Below are positions 18,531 through 28,846 of a stretch of DNA of 64,000 nucleotides, piece after piece. The stretch spans positions 185,645 through 249,644 of the forward strand of contig CAKOMK010000002.1 in the NCBI GenBank assembly GCA_934096645.1, in the 5' to 3' direction. The stretch's first letter is position 1. Each line of letters opens with the position of its first letter. The stretch is from an uncultured Bacilli bacterium (GTDB taxonomy: Bacteria > Bacillota_I > Bacilli_A > RF39 > UBA660). The notes below the pieces were generated by a model. That model ran no database searches. It saw only the letters and a list, made by a program, of their open reading frames with translations, and had not been told where the DNA came from. The translations under genes were made by a program, and so were the position numbers.

Positions 18531-20600
18531 TTATTCACTTTTGTCTTTCTTTTTTATATATTTACATTTTGGATAATTAGAACAAGCTGTAAATTTTCCA
18601 TATCTTCCATGTCTTATAGATAATTTATTTCCACACTCTGGACACTCTTCATCTAATAAAGCAGGTTCTTCTTCTTTAATATATTTACATTTTGGATAAT
18701 TTGAGCACGCAGTAAATTCTCCAAACTTACCCTTTCTAATTACTAAAGGACTATTACATTTAGGACACATTTCTCCAGTTTCACGAGGTTCTTCTTTTTC
18801 TTCTTTTTGAATGTATTTGCACTCTGGATAATTTGAGCACGCAGTAAATTCTCCAAACTTACCCTTTCTAATTACTAAAGGACTATTACAATTTGGACAC
18901 ATTTCTCCAGTCTCAACAGGAGAATCCTTTTCCATTTCTTTGAACGCAGTATTTAAAAGTGGTTCAAAATCTTTATAAAATTTATCTATTATTTCATACC
19001 AAACCATTTTACCTAAAGCAACCTCATCAAGTTCTTCTTCCATATTAGCAGTATAATTAACATTAATTATAGATGAAAAGAATTCTTGCAGTTTATCAGT
19101 TACTTTAGTACCAGTTTCAGTTGGATAAAATTTTTTGTCCTTAATAGTAACATATTTTCTTTCTTTTAAAACACTTATTATTTTAGCATACGTACTTGGT
19201 CTTCCAATTCCTAACTTCTCCATTTCAGCTATTAATTTAGCTTCTGTAAATCTAGGTTTAGGTTCAGTAAAATGTTGTATCTTTTTAATATCACTACATA
19301 CTATTACTTTAGATTTATAATTTTTAAAATCAGGTAATATTACATCTTCACTATCTTCAAAGTCTTTATATACTTTTAAATAACCATCAAAAACACATAT
19401 TTGTCCATTAACTCTAAACATATATTCATGATTTTCTAAATCAACACTAGTAGCTTCAACTTTAGCATCAGCCATTAAAGAACTAAGTGTTCTAATATAT
19501 ATTAAGTTATATAACTTAAACTCTTCTGGAGTTAAATACTTTTTAATAGATTCAGGAGTTCTATTAATACTAGTAGGTCTAATAGCTTCATGAGCATCTT
19601 GAACATTTTCTGTCTTTTTACTACTCTTAGCATATCCTACATAATCTTCTCCATAATTAGCTTTAATATATTTTTTAGTATCACTAACAAATAAATCAGA
19701 TAATCTAATAGAATCTGTTCTCATATAAGAAATTAAACCAACAGTTTCACTTCCAATATTAACTCCTTCATATAATTTTTGAGCAATCATCATAGTTTTA
19801 GAAGCAGGATACCCAAGTCTGTTAGATGCCATTTGTGTCAATGTACTAGTAGTAAATGGTAATTTACTAGGTTTATTCTTAAGTTTAGTTTCAACCGCAT
19901 CAATATTAAATGCATTAGATAATTTAGATAAGATTTCATCAGCCTCAACAGAAGTTTTAATTTCAATATCTTTTCCTCTATATTTTTTAAGTTCAGCTTT
20001 AAAATCTTTAAAATCAGCTTCAATAGTATAATATTCTTCAGGTACAAAAGCTTCAATTTCTCTTTCTCTATCTACAATTAATTTTAATGCTACACTTTGT
20101 ACTCTACCAGCACTTTTACCATCAGTTTTAGTTTGCATTAATCTACTAAGTCTAAAACCAATTATTCTATCTAATATTCTTCTAGATTCTTGACTATGAA
20201 CAAGTTCCATATCAATATCTCTAGGTTTCTTAAATGCTTCTTTAATTGCTGGTTCGGTAATTTCATTAAAAACTACTCTACCATAATTATCTTTTAAATT
20301 TAATGCTTCCTTTAAATGCCAACTTATAGCTTCCCCTTCACGATCAGGGTCGGTTGCTAAAATAACATTATCAGCTGCTAAAGCTTCTTTTTTTAATTCA
20401 TTAACAAGTTTGCTTTTACCCTTCATTAAAATATAATTAGGTTTAAAATGATCTTCTAAATCAACTCCAAGACCAAACTTCCCAGTAGTTGCTAAATCAC
20501 GAATATGACCTTTAGAAGACAATACTTTATAATCTTTACCTAAATATTTTTCAATAGTTTTACTTTTACTAGGGCTTTCTACAATAACAAGATTTTTCAT
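18531..20600 (-). CDS. topA: DNA topoisomerase I with three C-terminal C4 zinc ribbons
   Basis: TOPRIM start LVIVESPSKSKTIEKYLG, DPDREGEAI and active-site region SYMRTDS; three CPxC...CSNYPxCKY modules. Confidence 0.95.
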   Translation of the reverse strand: MKNLVIVESPSKSKTIEKYLGKDYKVLSSKGHIRDLATTGKFGLGVDLEDHFKPNYILMKGKSKLVNELKKEALAADNVILATDPDREGEAISWHLKEALNLKDNYGRVVFNEITEPAIKEAFKKPRDIDMELVHSQESRRILDRIIGFRLSRLMQTKTDGKSAGRVQSVALKLIVDREREIEAFVPEEYYTIEADFKDFKAELKKYRGKDIEIKTSVEADEILSKLSNAFNIDAVETKLKNKPSKLPFTTSTLTQMASNRLGYPASKTMMIAQKLYEGVNIGSETVGLISYMRTDSIRLSDLFVSDTKKYIKANYGEDYVGYAKSSKKTENVQDAHEAIRPTSINRTPESIKKYLTPEEFKLYNLIYIRTLSSLMADAKVEATSVDLENHEYMFRVNGQICVFDGYLKVYKDFEDSEDVILPDFKNYKSKVIVCSDIKKIQHFTEPKPRFTEAKLIAEMEKLGIGRPSTYAKIISVLKERKYVTIKDKKFYPTETGTKVTDKLQEFFSSIINVNYTANMEEELDEVALGKMVWYEIIDKFYKDFEPLLNTAFKEMEKDSPVETGEMCPNCNSPLVIRKGKFGEFTACSNYPECKYIQKEEKEEPRETGEMCPKCNSPLVIRKGKFGEFTACSNYPKCKYIKEEEPALLDEECPECGNKLSIRHGRYGKFTACSNYPKCKYIKKKDKSE

Positions 20601-20673
20601 ATTTCTCCTTTTATTAATATTATCTTTCCCTCTAAATAATATTATACATTAAAAAAAAATTTGTCAAGAAATT

Positions 20674-20702
20674 AAAAAACAAGATGCACAAAAGCATCTT
20701 GT
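20674..20702 (-). terminator. Intrinsic terminator after clpB
   Basis: ACAAGATGC-ACAAAA-GCATCTTGT, a 9-bp stem plus a T-run on the minus strand. Confidence 0.75.
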
Positions 20703-20707
20703 TTATA

Positions 20708-22804
20708 CTAATCAATATTTAGTTTTCCATCAACGTAATCAACTTTAATATGAGTATTTTGTTTAATTTCATTATTAATAAGTTTACGAGCAATTAAAGT
20801 TTCAAGTTTATTATTTACAAGTCTTTTAAGAGGTCTTGCTCCATAATATGGATCATATCCATTATCAATAAAGTAATCTTTAGCGGAATCACTTAATTCG
20901 ATTTTGACATTTATATCACTTAATCTCTCTTCTATCTCACTAATAATTTTATCTAAAATCTCTCTTAAATCATCTTTAGAAAGTTTATCAAACACAATTA
21001 TCTCATCAAGTCTATTTAAAAATTCTGGTCTAAAATATTTATTTAATTCACCCTTAACTTTATCTTCTTCATTATCTATAACATATTCACTTCCAACATT
21101 AGAAGTCATAATAATAATTGTATTTTTAAAGTTAACAGTTCTACCATTTGAATCAGTAAGTCTTCCTTCATCAAGTATTTGTAAAAGTAAGTTAAGTACA
21201 TCAGGATGTGCTTTCTCGATTTCATCAAAAAGTACTATTGAATAAGGATTTCTTCTAACTTTTTCAGTTAATTGTCCACCCTCTTCATATCCAACATATC
21301 CAGGAGCAGCACCTATTAATCTTGATACAGAATATTTTTCCATATATTCACTCATATCAATTCTAACCATATGATGCTCATCATCAAATAACTCATAAGC
21401 AAGACTTCTAGCAACCTCTGTTTTACCTACACCAGTAGGACCTAAAAACATGAATGAACCAATTGGTCTATTAGGATCTTTAATTCCACTTCTAGATCTT
21501 AAAATCGCATCACTAACAAGTTTTAAAGCTTTATCTTGACCTTTAACACGTTTTCTTAAATTCTCTTCAAGATGTAATATTTTATCCTTCTCACTACTCA
21601 TAAGTTTAGTAATTGGAATATTAGTCCATTTACTAATTACATTGGCTATATCTTCACTAGTTACAGTATCAGATAAAATACCTTCTTTTCCTTTTTGAGA
21701 TAATTCTTGAAGCTTTTGTTGCAATTTAGGAAGAACTCCATTCTTAATTCTAGCAGCAGTTTCTAAATCATAATTATTTTTAGCCTCTTCAAACTCAAAA
21801 GTATATTTAGAAATATCAGATTTTATTTTCTTAATATCTTCATTAATAGATTTTTCTTCTTTCCATTTAGCACTTAGTTCTTGTTCTTCTCCTTTTAATG
21901 TATAAAGTTCATTATCAATCTTTTCAAGTCTTTTAATAGATAACTCATCTTTTTCTTTCTTTAAAGCTTCTTTTTCAACTTGTAAAGTTAATATTTTTCT
22001 AGTTATTTCATCAAGAGAAGTTGGGACACTATCCATTTGAACTCTAATAGTTGCACATGCTTCATCAACTAAATCAATTGCTTTATCAGGTAAAAATCTA
22101 TCAGTAATATATCTATTTGATAATGTAGCAGCACTAACTAATGCTTTATCTTGTATAGTAACTCCATGATAAATTTCAAATCTTTCTTTAAGTCCACGAA
22201 GTATTGTTATAGTATCTTCAACAGTTGGTTCACTAATAGTTACTTTTTGAAATCTACGTTCTAAAGCTCCATCTTTTTCAATATACATTCTATATTCATT
22301 TAAAGTAGTAGCACCTATTACATGAATTTCACCACGAGCCAACATTGGTTTTAAAATATTACCAGTATCCATAGCTCCATCTACAGCACCAGTACCAACT
22401 ATTAAGTGAATTTCATCAATAAACATTATTAAATTTCCTTCACTCTTTTTAACTTCATCAAGAACTTTTTTAAGTCTTTCTTCAAATTCACCACGATATT
22501 TAGCACCAGCTATTAAAGAAGCCATATTAAGTTCCCATACAGTTTTATTTTTTAAACTCTCTGGTACATCACCTTTAACAATTCTTTGAGCAAGTCCTTC
22601 AACAATAGCTGTTTTACCAACACCTGGTTCACCAATAAGAACTGGATTATTTTTAGTCTTTCTAGACAAAATTCTAGTTATACTACGAATCTCATCATCA
22701 CGACCAATAATAGGATCAATCTTATGATTCTTAACATCTTCATTTATATTACGGCCATATTTTTCTAATACGTTTTCATTTTCTTCATTATTCATATTAA
22801 ACAT
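20708..22804 (-). CDS. clpB: AAA+ disaggregase ClpB lacking the N-terminal domain
   Basis: Two Walker A sites ([18 protein letters not shown]) and a long coiled-coil middle domain between the NBDs. The protein starts ~14 aa before the NBD1 lead-in LEKYGRNI...IDPIIGRD. Confidence 0.85.
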   Translation of the reverse strand: MFNMNNEENENVLEKYGRNINEDVKNHKIDPIIGRDDEIRSITRILSRKTKNNPVLIGEPGVGKTAIVEGLAQRIVKGDVPESLKNKTVWELNMASLIAGAKYRGEFEERLKKVLDEVKKSEGNLIMFIDEIHLIVGTGAVDGAMDTGNILKPMLARGEIHVIGATTLNEYRMYIEKDGALERRFQKVTISEPTVEDTITILRGLKERFEIYHGVTIQDKALVSAATLSNRYITDRFLPDKAIDLVDEACATIRVQMDSVPTSLDEITRKILTLQVEKEALKKEKDELSIKRLEKIDNELYTLKGEEQELSAKWKEEKSINEDIKKIKSDISKYTFEFEEAKNNYDLETAARIKNGVLPKLQQKLQELSQKGKEGILSDTVTSEDIANVISKWTNIPITKLMSSEKDKILHLEENLRKRVKGQDKALKLVSDAILRSRSGIKDPNRPIGSFMFLGPTGVGKTEVARSLAYELFDDEHHMVRIDMSEYMEKYSVSRLIGAAPGYVGYEEGGQLTEKVRRNPYSIVLFDEIEKAHPDVLNLLLQILDEGRLTDSNGRTVNFKNTIIIMTSNVGSEYVIDNEEDKVKGELNKYFRPEFLNRLDEIIVFDKLSKDDLREILDKIISEIEERLSDINVKIELSDSAKDYFIDNGYDPYYGARPLKRLVNNKLETLIARKLINNEIKQNTHIKVDYVDGKLNID

Positions 22805-22831
22805 ATTTATCCCTCCTTATCTACATACTAT

Positions 22832-22859
22832 ATTATACTCAAAAATTAGCACTTGTCAA
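22832..22859 (-). promoter_or_regulatory. clpB sigma-A-type promoter
   Basis: On the minus strand, TTGACA (22854-22859, inside the CIRCE spacer), a 16-nt spacer, then TATAAT (22832-22837). AAGGAGGG SD lies before ATG 22804. Confidence 0.75.
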
Positions 22860-22872
22860 TAGAGAGTGCTAA
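22846..22872. promoter_or_regulatory. CIRCE operator (HrcA binding site) in the clpB promoter
   Basis: TTAGCACTT-N9-GAGTGCTAA versus consensus TTAGCACTC-N9-GAGTGCTAA. The inverted repeat extends to CTCAAAAATTAGCACT/AGTGCTAATTTTTGAG (22839..22880). Confidence 0.85.
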
Positions 22873-23948
22873 TTTTTGAGAGGGATTTTATTAATTATTT
22901 TCGTTCTAACATTATCAAAAAACATGAACAATCCAACAGGTACTAAAGTTCCCAATATTACATAAACTAATGACAATTTACTAAACGCATATGGAAAGGC
23001 ACCATATATATTTGATTCACTTATTCCATTTATTTTAGCAAATACAAAATCTATTATTTTAAATATTAGAAAGTGCATTCCCATAATTTCATAAGAATAA
23101 TTGCCAATCTTATCAAAAAAGACATTTGCAAATTTTAATTTAGAAATTAAACCGCTTAAATATAAACAAATATATATACCAGCAAAAGAAATAGGATAAA
23201 ACAAATATAAATTTGTTATTTTATTAAAAGATAAATCAACAAAAAAATCAATTTTAAAATAAATATAAATCAAAGTAATCATAGAAATCACAAATAAAAA
23301 TATGTTTATTTTATTTTTAATATTTTCAGCAAAATTTTTAAAAAAATAACCAAAAGTAAAAAAAGGAATAACCAAAAAACATATTTGAAAATGATATAAT
23401 AAACTAACCTGTCTAGTAACTAAATAAATTCCAATCAAACCACAAAAAACAGTTGAAATCAGAATAAAGTAATTTTTAATTTTTTTATTATATTTTAAAT
23501 AAACAAATATTTTATTACTAAAATATATAATCATTCCAAATATTGTAGAAGATAATATAAATGTTGGTACAAACCATAATGCTCCAGCCATTAATTCATC
23601 GCATATAAAAATAAATGAATAGACACATGAAGTAACAATTTCTTTAATACCAAATAATTGTGTACCAACTATCATACCATTTTTTAACAAAAAGTTATGT
23701 ATTAATGAAAAGAAGAAAGAAAACATTACAAACTTTAACCAGTTATTTTTAATTTTAGAGCTAAAATTAAGATAAGGATCATTACCGTACTTTGATTCAT
23801 TATATAATGCACCTCCAACAAAGAAAAAAAGAGCCAAATGATAAAAATAAACAAATTTAACCAACCTTGCACAACAATGACCAGCAACAATAGAAATAAT
23901 TCCTAGTGCTTTTACAATATTCCAATATATTTTCTTTTTATTCATCAA
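22869..23948 (-). CDS. Acyltransferase-3 family integral membrane O-acyltransferase
   Basis: About 10 hydrophobic helices and an N-terminal ...IVKALGIISIVAGH motif typical of the family. Confidence 0.6.
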   Translation of the reverse strand: MMNKKKIYWNIVKALGIISIVAGHCCARLVKFVYFYHLALFFFVGGALYNESKYGNDPYLNFSSKIKNNWLKFVMFSFFFSLIHNFLLKNGMIVGTQLFGIKEIVTSCVYSFIFICDELMAGALWFVPTFILSSTIFGMIIYFSNKIFVYLKYNKKIKNYFILISTVFCGLIGIYLVTRQVSLLYHFQICFLVIPFFTFGYFFKNFAENIKNKINIFLFVISMITLIYIYFKIDFFVDLSFNKITNLYLFYPISFAGIYICLYLSGLISKLKFANVFFDKIGNYSYEIMGMHFLIFKIIDFVFAKINGISESNIYGAFPYAFSKLSLVYVILGTLVPVGLFMFFDNVRTKIINKIPLKN

Positions 23949-24008
23949 ATCACCACCTACACTACTACATATTTTACACTAAAGATTATATAATTAAAAG
24001 TATAATCT

Positions 24009-24536
24009 TTAACGATTATACTCTTCTTTTGCAAGTCTTATCACATCAACAATAAAATCATTCTTTCCCTTAGTATACTTAGATCTTTCATCTGAATATT
24101 TCGAAGCTAATTCTTGTTTTAAATCACAATATTTTTTTATGTATTCTGGATGTTCTAGTAAATATCTTTTAAAATATATTTGATTATAATAAGTATTACT
24201 ATTTGGTTCTACAAAATGAATATAATGACTTCTAGCATCTTCTGGACCTTTTGCAAAAAAATATCTATCAGATACTCCTTGTTGCCCTCTATTTTCATAA
24301 TCATAAGGCTTTAACATTTTTTCAATTTCAGGTATTTCTTCCAAACTTTCAATAACAACCAAAATATCAATTACAGGTTTAGCTTTCAAACCTTCAATTG
24401 ATGTACTACCGATATGATGAATTTCTTTAATTCTATCACCTAAAACTTTTTTTAATAGTTCTTCTTCTTTTTTATATTCTATATTCCAATTTAGATCATA
24501 ATCACTAAGTTCAACTATTCCTCTTTTTAATGCCAT
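24009..24536 (-). CDS. GrpB-family (nucleotidyltransferase-fold) protein
   Basis: HHIGSTSIEGLKAKPVIDILV core motif and ~175 aa length. Confidence 0.75.
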   Translation of the reverse strand: MALKRGIVELSDYDLNWNIEYKKEEELLKKVLGDRIKEIHHIGSTSIEGLKAKPVIDILVVIESLEEIPEIEKMLKPYDYENRGQQGVSDRYFFAKGPEDARSHYIHFVEPNSNTYYNQIYFKRYLLEHPEYIKKYCDLKQELASKYSDERSKYTKGKNDFIVDVIRLAKEEYNR

Positions 24537-24563
24537 ATATTTTTCTCCTTTTTCACTTATTAT

Positions 24564-25670
24564 TTAAAGTATCTTTTCAAATTCAGAAGATTTTATTCTA
24601 AAAAAATCCATATCTGTATAAAATTGCATTGTAGCATCATGACTATCAGAACCTTTTATTTCTATTAATTTATTTTTATTAAGAATTTTATAAAAATTAT
24701 TTATATCATAATATTTATTTCTAATATTCATTTCCAATCCTTTGATATTTTTGTTATTTTTAACTATTTTATCAACTACTTCTAAGCTAGTTTCAGTTGG
24801 ATGAGCAAAATATATATTATATTGATTTTTTATTTCTTCTACTTTTAACTGGCCATATGAATTTACAGAAAGGCTGCCACTTGAAGGACTTGGCCACCAA
24901 TCATCATCTACTTCTTTTACTGCAAGCATTGACAAAAGAAATCTAGAATTATAATTATTAGATTCTTCTATTTGATATTTTTCTCTTAATTTTTTATATC
25001 TTTTTTCTTTATAATTTTTTCTATCTTCATAACAATCATCTTTATTATATTTTTCTAGTAAATTTAATATATCAAATGTTGTTACACTTTTACTTTTAAA
25101 TTTATCCATTAAATAAAAACATAATGTATCATATTCAGGAACATAATTATTTTTAGAAAGATATTCCTTATACTCTTCATAAGAAATATAAATGTTATGT
25201 TTTTTTAATATTTCTTGAATTGTTAAATTAAAATTTAATCTTTCAAATTGAATTTTGCTTCTATTAAACATTGCTCTATAATTTTTTAAAACATCTTTCA
25301 TCATAATTGGATCTTTAGGATTAATAAAAAGTTCTAACAAATGACATTGATTTCCATATTCTCTATTATCAATAGTAAGCTCAATACCTGGTATAATTAT
25401 CGGACTAGTAAAGCCTTTCGAAACTATTTCATATAGCTCATCATATACTTTTAAAGTATCATGATCTGTAATTGAAATAATATCAAATCCTTTTTCTTTT
25501 GTAGTTTCTAATATTTGTTTTAAGCTTTGCTTTCCATCAGCACTACAATTAGAATGCATATGTAAATCAATATACAACTCTTTCTTATCATGACATAATT
25601 TTTTTATTTTATCTTTTATTGTTTTATTATAATTTTCCCAAAATTCGTAATTATTCATAATATACTCCAT
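24564..25670 (-). CDS. PHP-domain metal-dependent phosphoesterase
   Basis: PHP motifs DLHMHSNCSADG, ISITDHD, GIELT and C-terminal GSDSHD, with a large Lys/Tyr-rich insertion. Confidence 0.6.
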   Translation of the reverse strand: MEYIMNNYEFWENYNKTIKDKIKKLCHDKKELYIDLHMHSNCSADGKQSLKQILETTKEKGFDIISITDHDTLKVYDELYEIVSKGFTSPIIIPGIELTIDNREYGNQCHLLELFINPKDPIMMKDVLKNYRAMFNRSKIQFERLNFNLTIQEILKKHNIYISYEEYKEYLSKNNYVPEYDTLCFYLMDKFKSKSVTTFDILNLLEKYNKDDCYEDRKNYKEKRYKKLREKYQIEESNNYNSRFLLSMLAVKEVDDDWWPSPSSGSLSVNSYGQLKVEEIKNQYNIYFAHPTETSLEVVDKIVKNNKNIKGLEMNIRNKYYDINNFYKILNKNKLIEIKGSDSHDATMQFYTDMDFFRIKSSEFEKIL

Positions 25671-25721
25671 TTAATTGTAAAATCTCTTCACAAATATTCT
25701 ATCATATATTTGCAAAATATA

Positions 25722-26795
25722 CTATTTACTTTCACCAACATTAAGTATAATACCAATACTTATCATTGAAATAACCAAACTACTACCACCATAACTTATA
25801 AATGGAAGAGTTACTCCTGTAACTGGAACAAGTCCAACTACAACACATAAATTTAATATTGTTTGAAACATCAATAAAAATAATAATCCAAATATCAAAT
25901 ATTTTCCAAACAAATCAGTTTCTTTTATAGCCTTACGAGCAATATTATAAAAAAGTAATACAAATAGTCCAATCAAAACAGCACAACCAATAAAACCAAA
26001 TTCTTCGCTTATAATTGAAAATATAAAATCTGTCTGTGGTTCTGGAAGATAAAAATGTTTCTGTCTTGAATTAAAAAGTCCAAATCCAAGTAATCCACCA
26101 GGTCCAATCGCATATAAACTTTGTATCATTTGAAAACCACTTCCAAGAGGATCACTCCATGGATTTAAAAATGACATTATTCTATCTAATCTATAAGGAG
26201 CAATTAAAACTAAAATAACTATACCAACTACCCCTACTATTCCAATCTTAATAAAAATTGATACATCTGTTCCACTAATAAATATAAGACCTATTAAAGA
26301 ACAAACTATAACCATTCCAGTACCAAAATCAGGTTCTAACATTATTACACCAAAAAACATCATAATAACTATTAATATAGGCAATATAAATTTAATAGTA
26401 TTTCTTTTTAAATTATCATTATTTGATAAGTATTTAGAAGTAAAAATAATAAGTGCTAATTTAGAAACTTCGCTTGGTTGAAAACCAAATCCAAATAACC
26501 CAAACCAACTTCTACTACCATTTCTAACACTACCTATCCCAGGTATAAGAACAATAACAAGCAACAAAAAACTAATTCCAAGAAAAATATTAGAATATTT
26601 TTTATATATTTTATAATCTATTTTAGAAAATACTCTCATCATAACAATACCAATTATAAAAAATATACTTTGATTTAATAAATATTTAAATGAATATCCA
26701 TATTTATATAAACTCCATATATAACTACTAGAATATATAGATAAAAGTCCTATTAAAGATAATATAATTGTAAATATTATTATTTTCTTATTCAT
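25722..26795 (-). CDS. ftsW: SEDS-family peptidoglycan polymerase (FtsW/RodA/SpoVE)
   Basis: 10-TM profile with QPSE(V/F)SKLALI, GPGGLLGFG and LPFISYGGSS motifs; directly downstream of mraY. Confidence 0.8.
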   Translation of the reverse strand: MNKKIIIFTIILSLIGLLSIYSSSYIWSLYKYGYSFKYLLNQSIFFIIGIVMMRVFSKIDYKIYKKYSNIFLGISFLLLVIVLIPGIGSVRNGSRSWFGLFGFGFQPSEVSKLALIIFTSKYLSNNDNLKRNTIKFILPILIVIMMFFGVIMLEPDFGTGMVIVCSLIGLIFISGTDVSIFIKIGIVGVVGIVILVLIAPYRLDRIMSFLNPWSDPLGSGFQMIQSLYAIGPGGLLGFGLFNSRQKHFYLPEPQTDFIFSIISEEFGFIGCAVLIGLFVLLFYNIARKAIKETDLFGKYLIFGLLFLLMFQTILNLCVVVGLVPVTGVTLPFISYGGSSLVISMISIGIILNVGESK

Positions 26796-26818
26796 ACTTA
26801 ATTTTATTTTTTATAAAT

Positions 26819-26842
26819 AAAAAAAGAACACTTAAGTTCTTT
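26819..26842 (-). terminator. Hairpin between mraY and ftsW
   Basis: AAAGAAC-ACTTAA-GTTCTTT with a T-run on the minus strand. Confidence 0.55.
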
Positions 26843-26843
26843 A

Positions 26844-27836
26844 TTACATCCATACTCCATAATATATAGCTATCATACCAAGCATAAATCCAATTATTAA
26901 GAATCCTTTAACTATATCTGTTTCTTCATAACCAAGTTTTTCAAAATGATGATGAAGCGGAGCCATTAAAAATACTTTTTTATTAAATTTCTTTATACTA
27001 ATTAATTGTATTATTGAAGATAATGCTTCAATTACAAATACACCACCTATTAACGCTAATGATAATTCATGTTTAGTCAATATAGCAATAGCAGCTAATG
27101 TAGCACCTAAAGATAAAGATCCAGTATCTCCCATAAATACTTTAGCTGGGTGTGTATTATAAACAAGAAATCCTAATAATGCCCCTACTAGTATAAAGCA
27201 AAATATTGCAATTTCTTGATATCCTTCTACCCAAGTAGTTCCCCAAGTAATAATACCAAAACTCAAGAAAGCAATTAATGAAAGTCCTCCAGCTAGACCA
27301 TCTAATCCATCAGACAAATTAACTGCATTAGAAGAACCAACTAATAAGAATAAAATAAATAATCCATACATCCATCCAAGATTAATATTTATTCCAAGAG
27401 AAGTAATAACTAAATAAGTATTTCCTCCACCCTGCATATAAATATAAAAGAATATTAATGCTATCACTACTTGAACAAATAGTTTTTGAGAAATACTAAG
27501 CCCATCATTATTCTTAAACTTAACTTTTAATAAATCATCTGTAAGACCAAGTAATGCATAAGAAATAAATACAAATATTATAATCAACAAACTATGTGTT
27601 ATTTCTAAACTACCTCTTAAATACAAAAATATCATTGTAAGTAGTGTTGGTATAATAAATATTAATCCTCCAATAGTAGGAGTTCCATTCTTATATGCAT
27701 GCCTAAATGCTGTAAACACACTTATATTTTGTTTAAAATTTAATCTTCTAAGTAAAGGTATTAATATTAATCCAAGTATCACAGATACAAAGAAACCAAT
27801 CATTAATCCTAATATACTTTTAGCAAGAATCAACAT
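26844..27836 (-). CDS. mraY: Phospho-N-acetylmuramoyl-pentapeptide transferase
   Basis: GTPTIGG, NAVNLSDGLDGLA, FMGDTGSLSLG and APLHHHFE motifs. Confidence 0.95.
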   Translation of the reverse strand: MLILAKSILGLMIGFFVSVILGLILIPLLRRLNFKQNISVFTAFRHAYKNGTPTIGGLIFIIPTLLTMIFLYLRGSLEITHSLLIIIFVFISYALLGLTDDLLKVKFKNNDGLSISQKLFVQVVIALIFFYIYMQGGGNTYLVITSLGININLGWMYGLFILFLLVGSSNAVNLSDGLDGLAGGLSLIAFLSFGIITWGTTWVEGYQEIAIFCFILVGALLGFLVYNTHPAKVFMGDTGSLSLGATLAAIAILTKHELSLALIGGVFVIEALSSIIQLISIKKFNKKVFLMAPLHHHFEKLGYEETDIVKGFLIIGFMLGMIAIYYGVWM

Positions 27837-27919
27837 ATATATTCACCCTCTTTTTATAATTATACTTTAATAAATATATTCTTCATAATTATTTTGCTAA
27901 ATAATGTAAAGTTTATGTC

Positions 27920-28846
27920 CTATAAAGCTATTAAAAACATTTCAAGAACTTTATCTTTATCATATCCATTAGCTTTAATATCATAGTCCATATCACTTAA
28001 TTTCATTAATCTATCAATTATTTCTTCTTCCTCATACATATTAACAAAAGGAATCATTTTTTTAATTACAAAAGAATTAATTCCTAAACTACGAGCCATA
28101 TCATCATAACTCATTTCTTCATGTAAAACTTTCATTTGATATAACAGTCTATATTGTCTAGCTAAACTATCTATTATAATTATACTATCTATATTATTAT
28201 TTAGAAGTATTTTTAATGAATCAAATGCTTCACCTATTTTTCTATTTAAAACACACTCATTAAAACTATATAATTCTTTATCAGTACTTCTAACCACTAC
28301 ATCATCTATATCAGAATCACTTATACTCTTACTATCCATTTTATATAATAGTAATTTTTCTACTTCACTCATAGTCTTATCAGTATCATATTCACATAGA
28401 TCTAATATTTTTTTAATTTGATTAAAAGTTATTTCTTTTTTATTTTCTTTAAATACATTTTGTACATAAGCATGCAAACTCTTATAATCTAACTTTTCAC
28501 ACACTATAACTTTACACTTTTCTCTTAAAGATTTAATAACTTTCTTACGTTCATCTAACTTTTCATCAACACATTTAAATATAATAACATTATCATTCAT
28601 ATTATCTATATATTTAATTAGTATATTTTCATCTTTTTCTTTTAACTTTTTAAATGAAAAATTATTTACTATTATTAATTTCTTTTCATTAAATAAATCA
28701 ACATAATTTACTTCATTAATAATATCGATCATACTAGAATCACTAAAGTCATAATTAATAATATTATTTATTTTTAAAGAAGATATTGTTTCATCTATTT
28801 TCTTCTTTAAAACACTTATTTCACTTCCTAAAAATACATATATCAT
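27920..28846 (-). CDS. holA: DNA polymerase III delta subunit
   Basis: Length, N-terminal IYVFLGSE...L motif and helical C-terminal domain pattern typical of HolA. The motif match is weak, so confidence is moderate. Confidence 0.6.
   Translation of the reverse strand: MIYVFLGSEISVLKKKIDETISSLKINNIINYDFSDSSMIDIINEVNYVDLFNEKKLIIVNNFSFKKLKEKDENILIKYIDNMNDNVIIFKCVDEKLDERKKVIKSLREKCKVIVCEKLDYKSLHAYVQNVFKENKKEITFNQIKKILDLCEYDTDKTMSEVEKLLLYKMDSKSISDSDIDDVVVRSTDKELYSFNECVLNRKIGEAFDSLKILLNNNIDSIIIIDSLARQYRLLYQMKVLHEEMSYDDMARSLGINSFVIKKMIPFVNMYEEEEIIDRLMKLSDMDYDIKANGYDKDKVLEMFLIAL

Noticed and set aside
19838-20056. Same-strand 72-aa ORF inside topA (alternative frame, KL-rich)
   Set aside because: It lies entirely within the well-supported topA frame, and its low-complexity Lys/Leu repeat is typical of an off-frame reading of AT-rich coding DNA.
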